Positions 29,249-38,272 of a stretch of DNA of 64,000 nucleotides are shown piece by piece. The notes below the pieces were generated by a model. That model did not search any database. It saw nothing but the letters and a program-made list of their open reading frames with translations, and was not told where the DNA came from. Source of the DNA: an uncultured Eubacteriales bacterium. GTDB lineage: Bacteria > Bacillota > Clostridia > Oscillospirales > CAG-382. The stretch lies in the NCBI GenBank assembly GCA_934446675.1, contig CAKSEL010000004.1, positions 72,878-136,877 of the forward strand. Reading direction: 5' to 3'. Positions within the stretch are counted from its first letter, which is position 1, and each line of letters opens with the position of its first letter. The translations under genes and the position numbers were made by a program.

Positions 29249-29527
29249 TTACGCCTCGTAGACGCTTACTTTCTTTCTTCCGCCGGAAATATGCTCAAAC
29301 TTAACCTTGCCTGCGGTAAGAGCGAAAAGTGTATCATCGGTTCCGATACCTACGTTTGTACCGGGATGAATGTGAGTTCCTCTCTGTCTTACAATTATGT
29401 TGCCTGCAACAACAGGCTGACCGTCAGCCTTCTTTACGCCGAGACGCTTGGACTCGGAATCACGGCCGTTCTTTGTAGAACCGACACCTTTTTTATGAGC
29501 AAAAAACTGAATGCCTAATCTTAACAT
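29249..29527 (-). CDS. rpmA: 50S ribosomal protein L27 (with Prp-cleavable N-terminal extension)
   Basis: [39 protein letters not shown] lies 7 nt upstream. Confidence 0.95.
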   Translation of the reverse strand: MLRLGIQFFAHKKGVGSTKNGRDSESKRLGVKKADGQPVVAGNIIVRQRGTHIHPGTNVGIGTDDTLFALTAGKVKFEHISGGRKKVSVYEA

Positions 29528-29531
29528 TACC

Positions 29532-29876
29532 TTACACCTCCGTTGTTATTTCTACGAATTCGGGATAGCTCTCGGACAGATCCGAAACAAACTGCGCATA
29601 TCCCTCAATTATACGTCTTGCCATCTCCGACTGCTCTTTTGTGCAGCTCAATGAAAGACGCGCTTTCGGAACATCACCGTCAAAGTCCGTATCAAAATCA
29701 ATATCGGATTTTTCAAGTATGTCCATTACAAGTTCAAGTGCCGATGAAAGCGCCGCGCACACTATATCGCTCCCGTTTTCCGAATACCCCGAATGTCCTT
29801 CGGAAAGCACCGTATACGTAAACTGCTCATGTCCGTTATGCTTTGCTTTTGCGGCTTTAACGAAAACCTGCGTCAT
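29532..29876 (-). CDS. prp: ribosomal-processing cysteine protease Prp
   Basis: GHSGY...[10 protein letters not shown] catalytic His/Cys pattern. Located between rplU and rpmA, as is conserved in Firmicutes. Confidence 0.9.
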   Translation of the reverse strand: MTQVFVKAAKAKHNGHEQFTYTVLSEGHSGYSENGSDIVCAALSSALELVMDILEKSDIDFDTDFDGDVPKARLSLSCTKEQSEMARRIIEGYAQFVSDLSESYPEFVEITTEV

Positions 29877-29890
29877 AACCGATTCTTCAA

Positions 29891-30196
29891 TCAGCCGATC
29901 TTATTGATCTGAACCTTGGAATAGGGCTGTCTGTGTCCCTGCTTCTTCTTTTCGTTCTTCTTGGACTTATACTTAAGAATAACGACTTTCTTTGCCTTGG
30001 CGTTTCTGAGAACAGTACCTTCAGCCTTAACACCGTCTACAAACGGAGTTCCGACCTTGATTCCGTTATCGTCGGAAAGAGCCACTACGTCAAACGATAC
30101 GTTTGCGTTTTCTTCAACGCCGAGCTTCTCAACGAAGATGATGTCGCCCTCTGCTACTTTATACTGCTTTCCGCCGGTCTGAATAACTGCGTACAC
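29891..30196 (-). CDS. rplU: 50S ribosomal protein L21
   Basis: (M)YAVIQTGGKQYKVAEGD. GAGGTG lies 7 nt before GTG 30196; the track GTG 30205 lies inside the SD. Confidence 0.95.
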   Translation of the reverse strand: MYAVIQTGGKQYKVAEGDIIFVEKLGVEENANVSFDVVALSDDNGIKVGTPFVDGVKAEGTVLRNAKAKKVVILKYKSKKNEKKKQGHRQPYSKVQINKIG

Positions 30197-30300
30197 GAAA
30201 AGCACCTCACTTTCTTAATAAGACTCGCTGAACACGGGCTTCCGGTTTCTTCCATATATTATATAAAAGCGCACGGAATTAGCTACCCTTATCATGCGGC
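30197..30300 (-). promoter_or_regulatory. 5' leader of the rplU operon (possible L21-leader-type element)
   Basis: About 100 nt lie between the consensus promoter and rplU. Firmicutes are known to carry an L21 leader motif here. I cannot verify the fold by eye. Confidence 0.3.
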
Positions 30301-30306
30301 TTTACT

Positions 30307-30335
30307 ATTATATCATATGAAAACACCTATGTCAA
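30307..30335 (-). promoter_or_regulatory. consensus sigma-A promoter of the rplU-prp-rpmA-obg operon
   Basis: Minus strand TTGACA (30335-30330), 17-nt spacer, TATAAT (30312-30307). Confidence 0.65.
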
Positions 30336-30376
30336 GGGTTTTGAGAGATTTTTTTGGCATTTATCGGGCAAAAACG

Positions 30377-30405
30377 TTGCATTTTCAGTATTTGCGGTGT
30401 ATAAT
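30377..30405 (+). promoter_or_regulatory. near-consensus promoter of the micropeptide transcript
   Basis: TTGCAT (30377-82), 17-nt spacer, TATAAT (30400-05). The predicted 5' end forms the hairpin TGCCGGT-gtaaaa-ACCGGCA (30412-30431). Confidence 0.55.
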
Positions 30406-30497
30406 AGCTCTTGCCGGTGTAAAAACCGGCAGGGCAGAATCTCTTTGCGGTGGATTTCACCGGCGGTTGCGCCGCCTCTGTAAAGGAGGTGGTGGCT

Positions 30498-30569
30498 ATG
30501 GAAAAGTACATAAGAACCTTTATCTTTGCATTTTTCCTTATATTAGCTTTTACTTTAAAAGCAAAATAA
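30498..30569 (+). CDS. 23-aa hydrophobic micropeptide (candidate type I toxin / small membrane peptide)
   Basis: Not in the ORF track. AAAGGAGGTG SD lies 7 nt before the ATG. Product: MEKYIRTFIFAFFLILAFTLKAK (charged ends, 14-aa hydrophobic core). It has its own promoter, a structured 5' UTR and a convergent antisense promoter. Confidence 0.45.
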   Translation: MEKYIRTFIFAFFLILAFTLKAK

Positions 30570-30645
30570 CCGCCCCTTCGCCAAAAGAGTAGCGGTTATT
30601 AAAACCTAATCATTTCGGCGCAACCGTTTGAGGTCTTGCCTTTGT
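30555..30645 (-). ncRNA. candidate ~90-nt antisense sRNA, convergent with the micropeptide gene
   Basis: Starts downstream of the consensus minus-strand promoter at 30652-30680. Ends at the 9-bp hairpin AATAACCGC/GCGGTTATT (30565-30600), followed on the minus strand by TTGCTTTT. The hairpin covers the peptide stop codon. No meaningful ORF. Confidence 0.4.
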
Positions 30646-30651
30646 ACTTAT

Positions 30652-30680
30652 ATTATATCCGCAAAACCGATATTTGTCAA
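30652..30680 (-). promoter_or_regulatory. consensus sigma-A promoter for the antisense sRNA
   Basis: Minus strand TTGACA (30680-30675), 17-nt spacer, TATAAT (30657-30652). Confidence 0.55.
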
Positions 30681-30730
30681 CATATATGCGAAAAATCTTT
30701 TATATGTTTACATTATTTATATTATATGTC

Positions 30731-30759
30731 TTGACAAAGGTGTGCGCTTGCTATATAAT
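30731..30759 (+). promoter_or_regulatory. consensus sigma-A promoter of the SAM riboswitch-metK transcript
   Basis: TTGACA (30731-36), 17-nt spacer, TATAAT (30754-59). Confidence 0.7.
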
Positions 30760-30782
30760 ATGCTTAAATTTATAAATCTTAA

Positions 30783-30968
30783 TCTTATCAAGAGCGGCTG
30801 AGGGAACAGGACCGAAGATGCCCGGCAACCTGTCCGAACAAAATCCGGACAAGGTGCTACTTCCTGCATGATACCGGCGTTTGCGAAAACGCGCTGCGGT
30901 TATCATGAAAGATGAGAAGTAAACGACTTCTTCCCTGCTCTGATTTTTTCGGTGCAGGGTGTTTTTTT
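30783..30968 (+). promoter_or_regulatory. SAM-I (S-box) riboswitch with terminator expression platform
   Basis: CTTATCAAGAGCGGCTGAGGGA..GGACC..GAAGATGCCCGGCAACC...GGTGCTACTTCCTGCA...GAAAGATGAGAAG matches the S-box core. The terminator is CCCTGCTCTGA/TCGGTGCAGGG (30933-59) plus a T-run. Located upstream of metK. Confidence 0.9.
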
Positions 30969-30995
30969 CGGCACGGCAAAAGAAAGGAATTCAAA

Positions 30996-32180
30996 ATGAA
31001 AAAAGTATTATTCACATCGGAATCGGTAACGGAAGGACACCCCGACAAGATATGCGACGCCATATCCGACGCGGTGCTTGACGCCATAATCGAAAAGGAT
31101 CCGACGGCACGCGTTGCCTGCGAAACGGCTATAACCACGGGACTTGTACTCGTAACCGGAGAAGTTACGGCAAACTGCTATGTTGACATTCAGGGAATCG
31201 TGCGCGACACGATACGCGAAATAGGATACGACAGAGCAAAATACGGCTTTGACAGCGACACCTGCGCGGTTATCAGCTCAATTCACGAACAGTCTCCCGA
31301 CATCGCTCTCGGCGTTGACAAATCGCTTGAAGCAAAAGAGGGCGATACCGACAAGTATGACACCGGCGCCGGCGACCAGGGACTTATCTTCGGATATGCC
31401 TGCAACGAAACCAAGGAGCTTATGCCGCTCCCCATCTCTCTTGCGCACAAGCTCGCAAAACGCCTTACCGAGGTCAGAAAGAACGGCACTCTGCCTTATC
31501 TGCGTCCCGACGGAAAAACTCAGGTTACGGTTGAGTACACAGACGGAAAACCGTCAAGAGTCGACGCGGTTGTCGTTTCCTCTCAGCATGATCCCAAAGC
31601 CGAACTTGCGGCTATCAGACGCGACATCATAAGAGAAGTTATCCGTCCCGTAATTCCCGAAGAACTGCTCGACGAAAACACAAGATTCTTTATCAACCCG
31701 ACGGGACGTTTTGTAATAGGCGGTCCCAACGGCGACACCGGTCTTACCGGAAGAAAGATCATTGTCGATACATACGGCGGATATGCGCGTCACGGCGGCG
31801 GAGCATTCTCCGGAAAAGACCCGACAAAGGTTGACAGAAGTGCTGCATATGCCGCAAGATACGTTGCGAAAAACATTGTTGCGGCAGGTCTTGCGGACAA
31901 GTGCGAGGTTCAGATAGCATACGCGATAGGCGTTGCACACCCGATCTCGGTTCTGGTTGACACCTTCGAAACGGCAAAAGCCGACGAGGAAAAAATTTCA
32001 AAGGCTGTTTACAAGTGCTTCGATCTTCGTCCGGCTGCCATAATCGAAATGCTCGACCTCAGAAAGCCTATCTACAAGCAGCTCTCGGCTTACGGTCATC
32101 TCGGCAGAGAAGAACTCGGTGTTACATGGGAAAAAACCGACCGCGCAGAGGCTCTCAAAAAGGCGGTTGCGGAACTTTAA
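30996..32180 (+). CDS. metK: S-adenosylmethionine synthetase
   Basis: [64 protein letters not shown] 30996 follows AAAGAAAGGAA; the track start 30912 lies inside the riboswitch. Confidence 0.97.
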   Translation: MKKVLFTSESVTEGHPDKICDAISDAVLDAIIEKDPTARVACETAITTGLVLVTGEVTANCYVDIQGIVRDTIREIGYDRAKYGFDSDTCAVISSIHEQSPDIALGVDKSLEAKEGDTDKYDTGAGDQGLIFGYACNETKELMPLPISLAHKLAKRLTEVRKNGTLPYLRPDGKTQVTVEYTDGKPSRVDAVVVSSQHDPKAELAAIRRDIIREVIRPVIPEELLDENTRFFINPTGRFVIGGPNGDTGLTGRKIIVDTYGGYARHGGGAFSGKDPTKVDRSAAYAARYVAKNIVAAGLADKCEVQIAYAIGVAHPISVLVDTFETAKADEEKISKAVYKCFDLRPAAIIEMLDLRKPIYKQLSAYGHLGREELGVTWEKTDRAEALKKAVAEL

Positions 32181-32492
32181 ACTGCAGCGCGTAGTGTTAC
32201 ATCATGTATAACATCGGCAAACAATTAAATATCGTTATTTTGCACATTAAAACGCACCGATTTATATGCCGTGCAGGAAATTTGAAAATATTTTCTCTCG
32301 TTTTCTCAAAAATTCTCGCATATACTCTGTGTTTTGATGTTTTTTGTAAGATGTATACAAATTAGAGAGCGAAAATTTGGGAAGAAATAATCTTTTCTTT
32401 TTCAGAAAAATTTGGTATTATATAGTAGATAATTCAGAAACTCTAAAATTGTTTAAAGTTACAGGTGTCTGATCTTTAGGAGGTTACAACAG

Positions 32493-33608
32493 ATGGCAAG
32501 TGTTTCGTTAAAGCACATTTTCAAAAGATATCCAGGCGGCGTTACAGCCGTAAACGATTTCTGCCTTGAAATCAAGGACAAGGAATTCATTATACTCGTA
32601 GGTCCTTCCGGCTGCGGCAAGTCAACCACTCTGCGTATGATTGCCGGACTTGAAGAAATTACCGAAGGCGAACTTTACATAGGCGACAGAATAGTAAACG
32701 ACGTTGCGCCTAAGGACAGAGACATCGCGATGGTTTTCCAGAACTATGCTCTTTATCCGCATATGACAGTATTTGAAAACATGGCTTTCGGTCTTAAGCT
32801 CAGAAAAACACCGAAGGAAGAAATAAAGAGACGCGTTGAAGAGGCAGGAAGAATCCTCGACATAAGCCACCTTCTCGACAGACGCCCGAAGGCTTTGTCC
32901 GGCGGTCAGAGACAGCGTGTTGCTCTCGGACGTGCCATTGTCCGCGAACCTAAGGTATTCCTTCTCGACGAACCGCTCTCAAACCTCGACGCAAAGCTCC
33001 GTGCTGCGATGAGAACCGAGATCACAAAGCTTCATAAGAAGCTCGGTACAACCTTCATCTACGTTACGCATGACCAGGTAGAGGCTATGACCATGGCTTC
33101 GAGAATCGTCGTTATGAAAGACGGTATTATTCAGCAGGTCGATACTCCTCAGAACCTTTACGATCTGCCCTGCAACCTCTTCGTAGCAGGATTTATCGGA
33201 ACTCCTCAGATGAACTTCATTCATGCAAACCTCACCAAGGAAGGTTCCGACGTATTCGTTGAATTCGACGGCTGCAAGTTCAAGCTTCCGACCGAAAAGG
33301 CTCAGAATCCGGCGCTTGCGGACTACTTCGGAAAAGAAGTTATCCTCGGCGTTCGTCCCGAATGTATCCACGACGAGCCTATGTACCTCTCCTCCCTTGA
33401 GGACTGGACAACAGACGTTCAGATCGACGTTACAGAGCTTATGGGTGCTGAAATTTACCTTTACTTCACTCTCGGCGAGGACAACAACCTCATCGCAAGA
33501 GTATCTTCCAGAAGCAAGGCAAAGAGCGGCGACACCGTTAAGGTTGCGTTCGATATTTCTCACATTCACATTTTCGATAAAGACACCGAAAAGTGCATCG
33601 CACACTGA
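32493..33608 (+). CDS. msmX: multiple-sugar ABC transporter ATP-binding protein (MsmX/MalK type)
   Basis: Walker [10 protein letters not shown], signature LSGGQRQRV, Walker [13 protein letters not shown]-terminal regulatory TOBE-like domain. Very similar to B. subtilis MsmX as I remember it. No cognate permease genes nearby. Confidence 0.88.
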   Translation: MASVSLKHIFKRYPGGVTAVNDFCLEIKDKEFIILVGPSGCGKSTTLRMIAGLEEITEGELYIGDRIVNDVAPKDRDIAMVFQNYALYPHMTVFENMAFGLKLRKTPKEEIKRRVEEAGRILDISHLLDRRPKALSGGQRQRVALGRAIVREPKVFLLDEPLSNLDAKLRAAMRTEITKLHKKLGTTFIYVTHDQVEAMTMASRIVVMKDGIIQQVDTPQNLYDLPCNLFVAGFIGTPQMNFIHANLTKEGSDVFVEFDGCKFKLPTEKAQNPALADYFGKEVILGVRPECIHDEPMYLSSLEDWTTDVQIDVTELMGAEIYLYFTLGEDNNLIARVSSRSKAKSGDTVKVAFDISHIHIFDKDTEKCIAH

Positions 33609-33627
33609 TTATATTTGCAATAATTAC

Positions 33628-33663
33628 GGCAGGCTGCTTTTACGGCGGCTTGCCTTTCTTTTT
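33628..33663 (+). terminator. rho-independent terminator
   Basis: GGCAGGC...GCTTGCC stem (one G-U pair), then TTTCTTTTT. Confidence 0.6.
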
Positions 33664-33704
33664 AAATAGCCAAAGATACTGATTTTCGCGAAAGGAAAAC
33701 AAAA

Positions 33705-34934
33705 ATGAAATACGTCATAATAATAGGCGACGGAATGGCGGACTACAAAATCGAATCTATCGGCAACAAAACTCCGCTCATGGTTGCAAAAAAGCCGAGA
33801 ATGGACTACATGGCGTCTCACGGCGTTATCGGATATTCCCACAACGTACCGGAAGGCATGGTCCCCGAAAGCGACACGGCAAACCTTGCGGTTATGGGAT
33901 ATGATCCAAAGATATACTCAAAGGGACGTTCTCCTCTTGAGGCGTTGAGCATGGGCATTGAAATGCAGCCCGACGAAACCGCATTCAGAATCAACACGGT
34001 TGCTCTTACGGAAAACGACTGCGACTACGAACATCAGGTAATAATCGACCACGGTGCCGACGAGATACCGACAGAGGAATCGGCAGAGCTTATAAAAACT
34101 CTTGACAAGGAACTTGGCGACGAAAACCGCAAGTATTATCCCGGCGTAAGCTACCGCCACTGCCTTATATGGAAAAATGCACCCGAAATATTCCCGTTCA
34201 TGCGTCCGCATGACATACTCGGCAAAACGATAGGCGAATATCTGCCGAGCGGCGAAATCGGCGCGCCGTATCTCGAAATAATGAAAAAGAGCTACGAGAT
34301 ATTAAAGAACCACCCCATAAACATTGACAGAAAAAAGCGCGGACTTCTGCCCGCAAACTCGCTTTGGATATGGAGCCCCGGCAAAAAGCCGCAGCTCAAA
34401 TCATTTGAAGAAAAGTACGGCATAAAAGGCACCGTAATCTCGGCGGTTGACCTTATAAAGGGTATCGGAAAATGTGCAAAGATGAACGTCCCCGACATTG
34501 AGGGCGCAACCGGCAACATCAACACAAACTTCCACGGCAAGGCTGTCGCTGCGGTTGAGGCGCTCAGAAACGGCGACGATCTTGTATACGTCCATGTCGA
34601 AGCACCCGACGAATGCGGTCACAGAGCCGAGCTTGAAAACAAGATAAAGTCTATCGAGTACATCGACGAGCAGGTAATCGGATATATTGAGGACGAGCTG
34701 AAAAAGGACGGCGAAGAATACCGTTTTCTCATACTTCCCGACCACCCGACTCCCATTGCTCTCAGAACGCATACCATGGACGCCGTGCCTTACATCATGT
34801 ACACAAGCACAAACGAAGTAAACTCCGGCGCGCCTTGCTACGACGAACAGTTCGGCGTTGAGGATTCTGCGGTTCTCGGACTTAAAAACTACGACAAGGG
34901 CGAAAAAATCATGGACGATTTTCTCGGAAAATAA
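33705..34934 (+). CDS. apgM: cofactor-independent phosphoglycerate mutase, archaeal ApgM type (metalloenzyme superfamily)
   Basis: MKYVIIIGDGMADY, VPESDTANLAVMGYDP, VHVEAPDECGHR, ILPDHPTP. Confidence 0.8.
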   Translation: MKYVIIIGDGMADYKIESIGNKTPLMVAKKPRMDYMASHGVIGYSHNVPEGMVPESDTANLAVMGYDPKIYSKGRSPLEALSMGIEMQPDETAFRINTVALTENDCDYEHQVIIDHGADEIPTEESAELIKTLDKELGDENRKYYPGVSYRHCLIWKNAPEIFPFMRPHDILGKTIGEYLPSGEIGAPYLEIMKKSYEILKNHPINIDRKKRGLLPANSLWIWSPGKKPQLKSFEEKYGIKGTVISAVDLIKGIGKCAKMNVPDIEGATGNINTNFHGKAVAAVEALRNGDDLVYVHVEAPDECGHRAELENKIKSIEYIDEQVIGYIEDELKKDGEEYRFLILPDHPTPIALRTHTMDAVPYIMYTSTNEVNSGAPCYDEQFGVEDSAVLGLKNYDKGEKIMDDFLGK

Positions 34935-34957
34935 AATTTTTAAGGAGGTAAACAAAC

Positions 34958-35122
34958 ATGGAAAACACAGTTTTTTCGGTTATAATTATGCTCATGTTTG
35001 CCGTTGTCGGCTTTTTTGCCGGAGCATTTTTAGACAACAACGCTTTCAGCGGTGCAATTCTGTTTGCGCTTATTTCCGGAATTGCCTGCATTGTTCATGC
35101 GATTGAAAGCAAAAAGCAGTAA
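34958..35122 (+). CDS. small two-TM membrane protein (54 aa)
   Basis: Below the track cutoff. AAGGAGG lies 8 nt before ATG 34958. Product: MENTVFSVIIMLMFAVVGFFAGAFLDNNAFSGAILFALISGIACIVHAIESKKQ. Followed by a strong terminator. Confidence 0.55.
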   Translation: MENTVFSVIIMLMFAVVGFFAGAFLDNNAFSGAILFALISGIACIVHAIESKKQ

Positions 35123-35154
35123 ACCGCATAAATTCAAGTAAAAATAATGCAAAA

Positions 35155-35200
35155 TCTCCCGTGTCCGGTACGCATATGTACTCACGGGAGATAATTTTTT
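35155..35200 (+). terminator. rho-independent terminator
   Basis: TCTCCCGTG (35155-63) pairs with CACGGGAGA (35183-91), then TAATTTTTT. Confidence 0.75.
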
Positions 35201-35245
35201 GCTTACAAAGCAGCACAATCTATAAATTTGGATTGCATAAAGCTC

Positions 35246-35575
35246 TTACTGTTCCACAACAGACTTATAATAGTTTCCGAAATCCGCAAGAGCGTCAATG
35301 ATCGGCAGCATCTGCCGTCCAAGCTCAGTCAGCCCGTACTCAACTCTCGGCGGAAGTTCCATGTAGTCGCGCCTGTACGCAAGCCCGTCGTCTATCATCT
35401 GTCGCAGGCTGTCTGTCAGCACTTTCTGGGATATTCCGTCAAGATCTCTCTGCAGTTCATTAAATCTCCACGGGCGCGCTTTAAGATTACGCAGTATAAG
35501 CAGTTTCCATTTCCCGCCGATAAGAGATACGGCTGTCGCAACCGGACACGCCGGCAATTCCTGTTTTGTTTTCAT
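35246..35575 (-). CDS. HxlR-family (MarR-like) transcriptional regulator
   Basis: CPVATAVSLIGGKWKLLILRNL..RFNELQRDLDGISQKVLTDSLRQMIDDGL...PPRVEYGLTELG. GAGGTG upstream of ATG 35575. Confidence 0.85.
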   Translation of the reverse strand: MKTKQELPACPVATAVSLIGGKWKLLILRNLKARPWRFNELQRDLDGISQKVLTDSLRQMIDDGLAYRRDYMELPPRVEYGLTELGRQMLPIIDALADFGNYYKSVVEQ

Positions 35576-35846
35576 TGCTTCTTCACCTCTCAGATATATT
35601 ACACCATGAAGCAAAATGCTTGCTTGCAATGGCATTTTGCAAAACCGTCAATTTCGCAGCCGCCGAACGGCGGAGGCGGCAACGCCGCCAAAGGCTTGCG
35701 AAGCAAGGCTTTCTGCGTATATTATAACACACATTTGTAAAAAAGTATACAGTAACAAAAAAGTGCGTACTTGTTTTTATATGTACACCGTGATACAATA
35801 CAATCAAGCAAAGGACATTTGCAAAACACACACGGAGGTATTCACC

Positions 35847-36200
35847 ATGAAAAACTACACCAAAACAAACATAGGCAACGAAGGCAGAACTGAGCTTCAC
35901 GAAAAACTCGCGCTTACCGGCGCAGAAATCAGCATAAACAATCTTCCGGCAGGAGCAGGCGTTCCGTTCGTTCACTCACACAAGACCAACGAAGAGATTT
36001 ACGGCGTCATTTCCGGCAAAGGCAAGGTTGTTATTGACGGAGACGAAATTGAGCTTAATGCAGGCGACTGGCTCAAAATTTCACCTGCCGCAAAGCGTCA
36101 GTTCTCGGCAGCGGCTGACAGCGGAATTACTTTTGTCTGTATTCAGGTAAAAGAGAACTCTCTCGGCGGATTTACAGCGGACGACGCTGTTGTATATTAA
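35847..36200 (+). CDS. cupin-domain protein
   Basis: PFVHSHKTNEEIYGVISGKG...GDWLKISP (cupin motifs). ACGGAGG SD before ATG 35847. Divergent from the HxlR regulator. Confidence 0.75.
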   Translation: MKNYTKTNIGNEGRTELHEKLALTGAEISINNLPAGAGVPFVHSHKTNEEIYGVISGKGKVVIDGDEIELNAGDWLKISPAAKRQFSAAADSGITFVCIQVKENSLGGFTADDAVVY

Positions 36201-36218
36201 TCGGACAACAAAAATAAT

Positions 36219-36258
36219 GAGCATGGTTACGGTAAATTCCGCAGCTATGCTCTTTTTT
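36219..36258. terminator. bidirectional terminator between the cupin and LOG genes
   Basis: GAGCATGG...CTATGCTC stem with T-runs on both strands. Confidence 0.6.
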
Positions 36259-36286
36259 ATGCTTATGTAAATTAAAAGGTGCGCAT

Positions 36287-36823
36287 TTATTGCTTTTCAA
36301 GCGCGGAGATCACTTCGTCCAGATCTTCGGCAAAGCATATTCCCTCCTGGCGTTCTTTTGACGACAGACCTTTGTCTATCATCTTGTCAAGCAACGCTTT
36401 AAGGCTGTCGTAATATCCGTTCAGATTATAGAGAATACACGGTGCGTCAAGCTGTTTTAAGGACACCTTTGACATAACCTCGGATATTTCCTCAAGCGTT
36501 CCGGTTCCGCCGGGAAAGGCGATAAAAGCGTCGCCGAGTTCTATCATCTTTGCTTTTCTTTCCGACATACCGCGCGTCACTATAAGCTCTGTCAGGTCGT
36601 CATACAAAAAGCCCATATCCACAAAAAACTGCGGTTCGACGCCCGTCACTTTTCCGCCCGAATTCAAAACGCTTTCGGCAATCTCGCCCATAAGTCCGTT
36701 TTTCGAGCCGCCGTAAACAAGTGAATGTCCGTTTGTTCCTATCCAGTGTCCAAGCTCTCTTGCCGCTTTTAGCAAAGCAGGATCATTACCCTCGTTCGCC
36801 CCGAGATAAACCGTAATATTCAT
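36287..36823 (-). CDS. LOG-family protein (TIGR00730, nucleotide 5'-monophosphate nucleosidase-like)
   Basis: VYGGSKNGLMG and AFPGGTGTLEEISE motifs. Confidence 0.85.
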   Translation of the reverse strand: MNITVYLGANEGNDPALLKAARELGHWIGTNGHSLVYGGSKNGLMGEIAESVLNSGGKVTGVEPQFFVDMGFLYDDLTELIVTRGMSERKAKMIELGDAFIAFPGGTGTLEEISEVMSKVSLKQLDAPCILYNLNGYYDSLKALLDKMIDKGLSSKERQEGICFAEDLDEVISALEKQ

Positions 36824-36905
36824 TTAAAATCAACCTTTCCAAACAATACAAAAACATTCAATGCTGCGTCTGCAATCATAACAGTTACATTTGCGGCGCC
36901 GTATC

Positions 36906-37214
36906 TTAACACTCCCAAAGCTGAAGTTTAAGGTCTACATTTCCGTTTGCCTTAAAAGTCACCCCCTCAGCCTCAAGCAGCCCTCTCTGCTCCTGCCAGC
37001 CGGGAACCAATCTTCCGCAGTGATTTACAACCCGATGGCACGGATAATCTCCGTAAAACTCTGCCATGCTTAATACCTTTCCCACAAGCCTGGAATTGTT
37101 ATCTCTGCCGACAAGCTTTGCTATCTGGCCATAGGTTGCCGTTTTTCCGCAGGGTATTTCGCTTACAACGGACAGTATTTCATAAATCAAATTTGTGTCG
37201 GATATTTTACTCAT
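36906..37214 (-). CDS. MGMT-family DNA-binding domain protein (methylated-DNA-protein-cysteine methyltransferase C-terminal domain only)
   Basis: IPCGKTATYGQIAKLVG and YPCHRVV (PCHR active-site motif). 102 aa. Confidence 0.8.
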   Translation of the reverse strand: MSKISDTNLIYEILSVVSEIPCGKTATYGQIAKLVGRDNNSRLVGKVLSMAEFYGDYPCHRVVNHCGRLVPGWQEQRGLLEAEGVTFKANGNVDLKLQLWEC

Positions 37215-37235
37215 TTTGTCATTATCCCCCAGCTT

Positions 37236-37721
37236 TTAAGTATGTTTTTGCAAATCCGGCATATAGAGAAAACTGTCCCTGTCGGGATATGAGTACGGCA
37301 CGGGCAATTCATCTTTGCTTATTCTGCGAAATCCGTTCTTTTCATAAAATTTATGCGATACGCACGCAACCGACGGCGTATCCAGTATGATGTGTCTGAC
37401 GCCGGCGTTCTCTGCAAATTCAAGCAGTTTATTATACAGTGCAAGTCCGACTTTCTGCGAACGGAACTCTTTTTTTACAAAAAACTTTTTCATTACGGCA
37501 CAATTACGCTCTTTCATCATAAGTCCGAGAGTTCCGATAACATTTCCGTCCGACAATGCAAGCCAGAATTCACCGCCGTTCTGACGATAACTTGCTTCTA
37601 TATCGAGCAAATCAGGCTGCTCTATGAGCGTCAGTCCGATTTTTGCTTCGTTATTCTGAATATCAAGAATCAGCGACACAATTTCTTTATCATATTTTCC
37701 GCTGTATGTTTCTATATGCAA
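37236..37721 (-). CDS. GNAT-family N-acetyltransferase
   Basis: KKFFVKKEFRSQKVGLALYNKLLEFAENAG (acetyl-CoA-binding motif A) and FYEKNGF. Confidence 0.8.
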   Translation of the reverse strand: MHIETYSGKYDKEIVSLILDIQNNEAKIGLTLIEQPDLLDIEASYRQNGGEFWLALSDGNVIGTLGLMMKERNCAVMKKFFVKKEFRSQKVGLALYNKLLEFAENAGVRHIILDTPSVACVSHKFYEKNGFRRISKDELPVPYSYPDRDSFLYMPDLQKHT

Positions 37722-37758
37722 TCTTAAAACACCTCAAAATTAATCTTATACAAACATT

Positions 37759-38199
37759 CTACGAAAGTTTCATATACAAAAGCGGATAAGGATTTCCCTG
37801 TTCGTCGGTTTTTGTTCTTTTAAAAGTTTCAAAGCCCATATGCTCATAAAATCCGGCAGCTTGCGGGTTTTGTTCGTTTACAGCAACCTCATTTACCCCG
37901 TAATTTTCAATGCCGTATCTTAAAAGCCGTTTTCCGAGACCCTTGCCGCGCTCATTTGGTGACAAAAACAGCATTTCCAGACGGTTATCCTGCGTTCCCA
38001 TAAATGCTATCGGTTCTCCGGAACGGTTTTCGGCAATTATCAAGTGCTGCACGCCGCAAAGAGCTTTCGGAACATATTTTTTGATACTGCTTATTTCTTC
38101 ATCGGAGAGAAAAAGGTGAGTTTCGCGCACCGAGGCTTCCCAAACGTTCAAAAGCGGCGTCAGCAGAGACGTTCTGTCATGTACTTCGTATATTTTCAT
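37759..38199 (-). CDS. GNAT-family N-acetyltransferase
   Basis: LFLSPNERGKGLGKRLLRYGIE and FYEHMGF. Confidence 0.8.
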   Translation of the reverse strand: MKIYEVHDRTSLLTPLLNVWEASVRETHLFLSDEEISSIKKYVPKALCGVQHLIIAENRSGEPIAFMGTQDNRLEMLFLSPNERGKGLGKRLLRYGIENYGVNEVAVNEQNPQAAGFYEHMGFETFKRTKTDEQGNPYPLLYMKLS

Positions 38200-38272
38200 T
38201 GTTTCACCTTATGTCTGATTATACCTCAGGTAAAAAACTTGTCTGTAACGGTATTTTTACGCGGTTGTAAAT

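Noticed and set aside
30498-30569. Phe-rich 23-aa ORF as an attenuation leader peptide for downstream metK
   Set aside because: metK has its own consensus promoter (30731-30759) and a SAM-I riboswitch. Firmicutes do not normally use leader-peptide attenuation there. The convergent antisense promoter fits a toxin-antitoxin-like unit better.
30857-31138. 93-aa minus-strand ORF and the 5' extension of the metK track ORF (30912-30995)
   Set aside because: Both lie over the SAM riboswitch, its terminator and the metK start. The real metK start is ATG 30996.
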